Made by a program: the position numbers and the translations under genes. From NCBI RefSeq assembly GCF_006345805.1, contig NW_021825220.1, positions 1 to 15,424 of the forward strand: DNA of 15,424 nucleotides, given 5' to 3'. This document shows, piece after piece, positions 9,700 to 15,424 of the stretch. The DNA is from Octopus sinensis. Taxonomy: Eukaryota. A model generated the notes under the pieces. That model had not been told where the DNA came from. It worked only from the letters and a program-made list of their open reading frames with translations, and searched no databases. The first letter of the stretch is position 1. The number at the start of each line of letters is the position of its first letter.

Positions 9700-9855
9700 C
9701 CGAGATTTCGGTTCGTCGCCGGGTTACTCACACTTGCTAGTTGAGTGCTTTACAGTAACGTGAAATGAAGTGTTTTGCTCAAGAATATAACGCGTTGCCC
9801 ATTTTAGGAATCGAACCTACAATCCATGAGTGTGACCCTAACCACTATGCCATTA
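9700..9855 (-). mobile_element. tRNA-derived SINE (family 'C')
   Basis: Minus strand: A box TGGCATAGTGG (9852-9842), B box GGTTCGATTCC (9817-9807), then TTCTTGAGCAAAACACTTCATTTCACGTT, shared with the 1178 copy. Confidence 0.85.
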
Positions 9856-10546
9856 TCATGACTGCGAGCTCTAACGACTGATCCACAATCACGAGTCCGA
9901 ACCCCAACCACTGTGCCACAATTATGAGTGCGACCCCTAAACACTGTTCCACGATCATGAGTGCGACCCTAACCACTATGCCATTATCATGACTGCGAGC
10001 CCTAACCACTGAGCCACGATCATGAGTGCGACCTCTCACCACTGTCCCACGATCACGAGTAAAGCTCCTAACTACTGATCCACAATCACAAGTCCGAACC
10101 CCAACCACTGTGCCACAATCATGAGTGCGAATCCTAACCACTGTCATAATCATGAGTTTGAGCCCTAACCACTATTCCACGATCATGAGTGCGGCCCCTA
10201 ACCACTGTATTACGATCGTGAGTGCGAGCCCTAACAACTGTTCTACGATCATGATTGAGGCCCCTATTCACTGTGCCACGATCATGAGTGAGACCTCTAA
10301 CCACTGTGCCACGATCATAAGTGCGACCCCTAAACACTGTGCCACGATCATGAGTGCGACCCCTGAACATTGTGCCACGATCATGAGTGAGGCCCCTAAC
10401 CACAATGTTCATGATCATGGTCATGAGTTCGAGCAATAATCACTCTGCCACCATCATGAGTGAGGCCCCAAACCACTGCCACGATCGTGAGTGCGACCCC
10501 TAACCACTGGGCCATGATTATGAGCGTGACCCCTAACCAATGTGCC
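9826..10546 (-). repeat. 33-bp minisatellite (~22 units) derived from the SINE A-box segment
   Basis: Minus-strand unit consensus GTGGCACAGTGGTTAGGGGTCGCACTCATGATC. The 11-aa periodicity of the ORFs at 9845-10439 reflects the 33-bp period. Confidence 0.95.
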
Positions 10547-10569
10547 CCACCGTCACTGAATATGTCCGA

Positions 10570-10761
10570 TGATGACGACGAGAACGACCACGACCAACCC
10601 CAACCCCAGCACCGCTACTGCCACCACTGTCTCCATCACAAGCACCACCACCACCACCACCATCATCGCCACCACCATCATCACCAACACCATCAACAAC
10701 AACTACGATGACGACGACGACGACGACGACAACAAAAATCCACATCTACCCATCGGGTCTT

Positions 10762-10792
<31 letters not shown>

Positions 10793-10822
10793 CACTACTA
10801 CTGCAGCTGCTGCTGCTACTGC
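10570..10822. repeat. Compound triplet tract (GAC/ACC/CAT/CTA/CTG)
   Basis: Direct reading. Confidence 0.9.
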
Positions 10823-10839
10823 TGCTCCGGCACCACAAC

Positions 10840-11051
10840 CATCGTCGGGGCGTCTGGTTTCTACTGTAACAACAGAAGATGGTGGGTTAATTAATCAAAG
10901 CGTCTCTTAGCAGTCAAAACAATCATGGCTGCACCGGAAGCTGTCACATCATTCCTAAAAAAAAATCTTCTTATTATTCCATTTCATTGACAAGAAGAAT
11001 TTTCTTAACTGACACCGAGCTCTAATATTTCGGCAATGTCATGTCAAAAAC
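10840..11051 (-). repeat. Unclassified repeat X, copy 3 (inverted relative to copy 1)
   Basis: Reverse complement contains GTCAGTTAAGAAAATTCTTCTTGTCA and ATGATGTGACAGCTTCCGGTGC, both identical to blocks in 8825-8903. Confidence 0.88.
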
Positions 11052-11295
11052 AAAAAAAAAAAAACAACTTAAAAAATAAAAGATAAAAAAAAAAAGATGC
11101 GTTTCTTTCTACCTGTTAATTCCTTGATGGATCTTCGCGTTTCGATACTAATTAGAGAGATGAAAAGGTAATAATTGGTGTCACTTGAACGAAGAAGCCA
11201 ATGAATCTGGTTTCAACCACGAATACACACGGTCACTCACGCACGCAGACACGCCGGCGCGTACAGACATACGTATACGTAAATGATTAAATATG

Positions 11296-11327
<32 letters not shown>

Positions 11328-11421
11328 CGTATATATATGTTTTTATATATCGATGTGTGTTTATACATAAAAATATGTATTCATACGTACACACATAAAT
11401 TATTATTATTATTATTATTAT

Positions 11422-11508
11422 TATCGATGGCTGTGCTCCAGCATGACCGCACTCAAATGACTGAAACAAGTAAAACAAGGAAAGAATATATATATATATA
11501 TAATAGTA

Positions 11509-11542
<34 letters not shown>

Positions 11543-11644
11543 GAAGAAGAAGAAGAAGAAGAAGAAGAAAAAGAAGAAGAAGCAGAAGAAGAAAAAAAAA
11601 TATATGCATAGATGTACGGATGCGCAAGTAGATAAATATATGTT

Positions 11645-11684
<40 letters not shown>

Positions 11685-11862
11685 CATACATGTCAATATT
11701 CATCATTGGGTTACATTTTGGTTTTGTCTTTTTATATTACTGATATACACATGCATTATTATTATTATTATATATTATTATTATTAATTGATATTATTAT
11801 CGAAGGCTGTGCTCCAGCATGACCGCATCAAATGACTGAAACAAGTAAAACAAGGAAAGAAT

Positions 11863-11899
<37 letters not shown>

Positions 11900-11933
11900 T
11901 AATAGTAATAGTAATAATAATAATAAATATTAA

Positions 11934-11968
<35 letters not shown>

Positions 11969-12114
11969 GAATAATAAGAAGAAGAAGAAGAAGAAGAAGA
12001 AGCAGAAGAAGAAAAGAATATATATATACATATATATAATGCATAGATGTACGGATGCGCATGTAGATAAATATACGTGTATATTATATTCTAACAGGTA
12101 TATGTACATATATG

Positions 12115-12157
<43 letters not shown>

Positions 12158-12225
12158 TACATACATACATGTCAATATTCATCATGGGTTACATTTTGGT
12201 TTTGTCTTTTTATATTTACTGATAT
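11422..12225. repeat. Tandem duplication of a ~330-430-bp microsatellite-containing unit
   Basis: 11422-11746 is repeated at 11798-12225 with the same order of unique blocks and different (TA)/(AAT)/(AAG) lengths. Confidence 0.93.
11429..11488 (+). mobile_element. Probable SINE 3' tail (duplicated at 11805-11863)
   Basis: GGCTGTGCTCCAGCATGACCGCACTCAAATGACTGAAACAAGTAAAA followed by an A-rich repeat. Resembles my recollection of an octopus SINE tail. Confidence 0.5.
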
Positions 12226-12335
12226 TCTGCATCCGTCATAACGAAATCATAATCGTCATCATCATCACCGTCATCGTAATCATCGTCATCTTCATCATAG
12301 TGATGGCTGACGACTTCTCCCGCCGCCAACTTCTT

Positions 12336-12624
12336 CAATCGCCTCCTCCTCCACGTCATTCACCTCCTCCTTCCGCTCCTCCTTGCTATCTCCCTCTCCC
12401 CCACGTCTTTCTATCTCCCTCTCCTCCTCTATATCTCCTTCTCCATCCACTCTCTCATCCACCTCCATCTCCACCTACCTCAATCGCCTCCTCCTCCACG
12501 TCATTCACCTCCTCCTTCCGCTCCTCCTTTCTATCTCCCTCTCCACCACGTCTTTACATCTCCTCCTCCTCCTTTCTATCTCCTTCTCCATCCACTCTCT
12601 CATCCACCTCCGTCTCCACCTACC
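12336..12624. repeat. Polypyrimidine (CT/CCT) tract made of two ~145-bp tandem copies
   Basis: CAATCGCCTCCTCCTCCACGTCATTCACC starts at both 12336 and 12481. Flanked by (CAT)n tracts. Confidence 0.88.
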
Positions 12625-13124
12625 ATTCTTCCATCTTTTTCTGTTTGTTAAACCCCCCATCACCACCACTACTACCACCGCAGCCATCATTATCATCATC
12701 ATCATCATCTTCATCATTATCATCATCAACATTATCATCATCATCACCATCAACATTTTTTGAGTGGTGCAATTTCACACGTTACAAAGTCAAGAGTAAA
12801 ACTTCCGGCCCGACCGATCTTGTCACCTGACTTCCGTTTCCGGTCGAAGACTGTTCATTTCATTTTCCGTCTATTATACACTTCATTAGAAAAAGGTTGA
12901 CCTCAATGACTTCTTATTAACTAATTTGTATTAAAAGCAAAACAACACATCAAAGTTTTTTGTTACGTGGTCAGAATGTAATATAACGACAGCGGTTTCG
13001 ATCTACGATTGGAGTTATAGCACATTTATGCGTTCGTTTTTAATGTAGATATTTTTCTGGTTGTTATATGTATACATGTGTCTGTATGTGTTTATTTATA
13101 TACTAGTGTATATATATATATAAA

Positions 13125-13225
13125 TCCTTTTCTACTCTACGCACAAGGCCCGAAATTTTAGGGGAAGGGCCAGTTGATTAGATCGACCTCAGTACACAAC
13201 TGGCACTTAATTTATCGACAGGGGA
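13125..13225 (-). mobile_element. Family 'A' SINE, 3' half (5'-truncated)
   Basis: Plus strand GCACAAGGCCCGAAATTTTAGGGGAAGGGCCAGTTGATTAGATCGACCTCAGTACACAACTGGCACTTAATTTATCGAC; overlaps in homology with the 1598-1772 and 14410-14555 copies. Confidence 0.7.
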
Positions 13226-13520
13226 CAACTGATGAAGGGAATGTTCCCTATGTTGCCTGTCTCGTTTCTCTGTTTGTTTCTTTCGCTGTACGAAAAAAAA
13301 GTTCGTTTTCTATGTTTTTGTTTTTTATGTTCTCATTTCTCGTTTTGTTGACCTTATTTTTGATGTTCTGTACCCATAAATGCATGTATATATACATATA
13401 TATTTAGGTATGTACATATATGCATGTATATATCCATATATTTATATATATTATTTATATTATTATATGATCGAACGCCACGCATCCATTTTCAAGTAAG
13501 TTATATATATATATATATCT

Positions 13521-13689
13521 ATATAAACGATGAGTTTCTTTCAGGTTCCATCTACCAAATCCACTCACAAGCTATTGGTCGACCTGGACCAATAGTAGAA
13601 GACACTTGCCTAAGGTGTCAGGCAGTGAAAGTGGACCCCAAACCATGTGGTTGAGAAGGAAGCTTCTTATCACAAAGCCAAAAGTGTCC
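13521..13689 (-). mobile_element. Family 'B' (OR-like) tRNA-derived SINE
   Basis: Reverse complement: TGGCTTTGTGATAAGAAGCTTCCTTCTCAACCACATGG...CCTTAGGCAAGTGTCTTCTACTATT...TGTGAGTGGATTTGGTAGATGGAA, ending at a (TA)n tail. CCTTAGGCAAG is CORE-like. Confidence 0.8.
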
Positions 13690-13974
13690 TAAATTAATTT
13701 TTTCATACTTTATACTCCAACGTCCATTAACATCAAAGAAGTATTTGAAGGAAAATTAGCTGCTATTTCTAGCAGAACAACAACAAAATAGAAGGTGCAT
13801 TGTTGGCTTGTTTCGAATTTTGTTTGCACGTACGAGATGTTGCTTTTAATTGAACCACTCTATAAAATTACTTTCTGCAAATGGGATTTTAATTTTTAAA
13901 ATTTAACTTCTCGCCCGGAGTAACCAAGAACTGTGATACATATAAATTAGTTTCTTTACGTTACGTTACACTCA

Positions 13975-14105
13975 CATATGCATACACAGAAACACACACA
14001 CACATGTGCACGCGCACGCACAGAGTAAGATACAAACACACACACACACACACACACACATACATGCATATAAATATATATATATCCATTTGTATATTTT
14101 ATATT
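13975..14105. repeat. (CA)n/(TA)n microsatellite
   Basis: Direct reading. Confidence 0.9.
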
Positions 14106-14409
14106 TAACTCTACCTTCAACACAACAAAATTGACAGCGAAAGTGAATTAAGTTTTTCAACTCAGGTCTTCGCCTGAAGCGAAGAGATTTGATGAGAAAG
14201 TTTTATATTACATTCTACCAACCCGTGCAAATGTACATGGACACCTTTATTATTGTTGAACTATAGGCATAGAGGCACAGCCCAAATGCGTCGCAGCACA
14301 TCCTGATTTAATGACGTCTGTTATAAAGATGCATCTCACAAGTAGATACACGCATGCCTCAGTATAAGGAACTCTTCCAGTAAAGAGGTTACAAACTGTG
14401 GCAGAATAC

Positions 14410-14555
14410 CCAATAATTTCGAGGAGAGTACTTATCTTATTGACCTCGAAAGAATGAAAGTCAATCTTTGTGGAATTTGAACTCAGAACATAAAGACGGA
14501 CGAAATACGGATAAGCATTTTTCGCGGCTTGTTAACGATTCTACCAGCTGAGAGC
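14410..14555 (-). mobile_element. Family 'A' tRNA-derived SINE, 5' part
   Basis: Reverse complement: AGCTGGTAGAATCGTTAAC (A-box region)...TGAGTTCAAATTCC (B box)...CATTCTTTCGAGGTCAATAAGATAAGTAC. Confidence 0.78.
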
Positions 14556-14784
14556 CTTAAGTCTTTGATGTATAGTAACAGCTATAATATAGAGGCATGT
14601 TTCATAAGTAAGCACAAACAGCCCTAAGTTTAAGGTCATCTTTCCCAGTATAAACTTTTTCCATAAACAGACGCAATAGCACACGCAGCACAGCTGTACT
14701 CCGGCATACACAATAACAAAGCCATACAATCAGACATGCACACATACCCCCCCATATATATATATATATATATATAGATAGATA

Positions 14785-14950
14785 GACGGTAGTCCCCCAC
14801 AAAATATTCTTCTGTCATATATTACTCACAATATAGCAGTGTGAATCTGGTGTTGCAGTAAAAGATTCCTCTTCAAATTGCCGCGCTTTGGGATCGAACG
14901 TAGAACCACGAGGTTGAGAAACAAACCACGTATCCACAGGTATAAATATT
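14785..14950 (-). mobile_element. Family 'B' SINE, strongly degenerate
   Basis: Reverse complement: TTTCTCAACCTCGTGGTTCTACGTTCGATCCC (B box)...ATCTTTTACTGCA...TTGTGAGT...CCGTC followed by a TA/TATC tail; collinear with the 4214 and 13521 copies. Confidence 0.55.
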
Positions 14951-15279
14951 TCCCAGCTTTATTTCTGTAATAGAGTTAGTAAAGTAATAAGGAGTTTGAG
15001 AAGTTTCTGTTATATAGCGCTGTCTGTGTTACATAGCAGTTGAGACGCATTTTGTAGTTTGAAAAACTACAATTCTTTCTGCACTCACAGCTCAGTTATG
15101 AAGACATAACTGATATGAAAGCAACATCGGATGGTGGTTTAAACAATAGATTGTTAATGACAATCTATTGTATTAATTAGAAGACGTGGATATAAAAATA
15201 ACATGAACAACAATATTAATTACCCAAATATCAACAGATACTGTAAATAACAGTAACAACTAGAGCAAGTATCTCATCG

Positions 15280-15362
15280 TTTCTCTTCTTCCACCTCCTC
15301 CTTCGACTCATCGTCGTCGTCATCATTATTTTCACCACCACCACCAGCAGCAGCAGCGTCAT
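15280..15362. repeat. Short compound triplet tract (CTT/CCT/CGT/ACC/AGC)
   Basis: Direct reading. Confidence 0.75.
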
Positions 15363-15424
15363 TACCAACAACGAAGTACCCTCGCAAATGTGTCCTCTCA
15401 CGTCCTCTGTCATTTCCGAGTACT

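Noticed and set aside
9800-9855. Possible tRNA gene (A and B boxes)
   Set aside because: No cloverleaf or acceptor stem, short A-B spacing, and it continues into a SINE body.
9845-10439. ORFs with 11-aa periodic repeats (SATPNHCATIM / VVRGRTHDRGT)
   Set aside because: A by-product of the 33-bp SINE-derived unit; the frames break at 31-32-bp units.
9826-10546. CRISPR-like appearance of the regular ~33-bp array
   Set aside because: Units are contiguous with no unique spacers, there are no cas genes, and the context is eukaryotic.
11283-12830. ORFs up to 263 aa
   Set aside because: Run through AAT/AAG/TA/CAT/CT low-complexity tracts; no recognisable domain.
14167-14185. 7-bp hairpin TCTTCGC-CTGAA-GCGAAGA
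   Set aside because: Isolated, with no U-tract or Helitron CTRR nearby; intrinsic terminators are not relevant in this eukaryotic context.

Overview
Eukaryotic, AT-rich, non-coding DNA saturated with microsatellites. The repeat content (several tRNA-derived SINE families, a non-autonomous Helitron, an RTE-like LINE remnant, dense TA/CA/TATC/triplet tracts) resembles a cephalopod, probably Octopus; this is from recall, not a search. No credible intact protein-coding gene is present: nearly all ORFs in the track are translations of simple repeats. The only protein-like signal is a single C2H2 zinc finger ending an ORF (3964-4026), best read as a LINE 3' end. Most notable structures: (1) a ~22-unit, 33-bp minisatellite whose unit is the Pol III A-box segment of the SINE it is attached to; (2) two tandem Helitron copies, one lacking its terminator hairpin and carrying an extra ~220 bp; (3) a ~340-bp near-perfect foldback; (4) a ~210-bp inverted repeat pair, plus a third direct copy, bracketing the SINE minisatellite; (5) several local tandem duplications. 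I see no evidence for a new multi-gene system. The novelty candidates concern repeat and transposon architecture.
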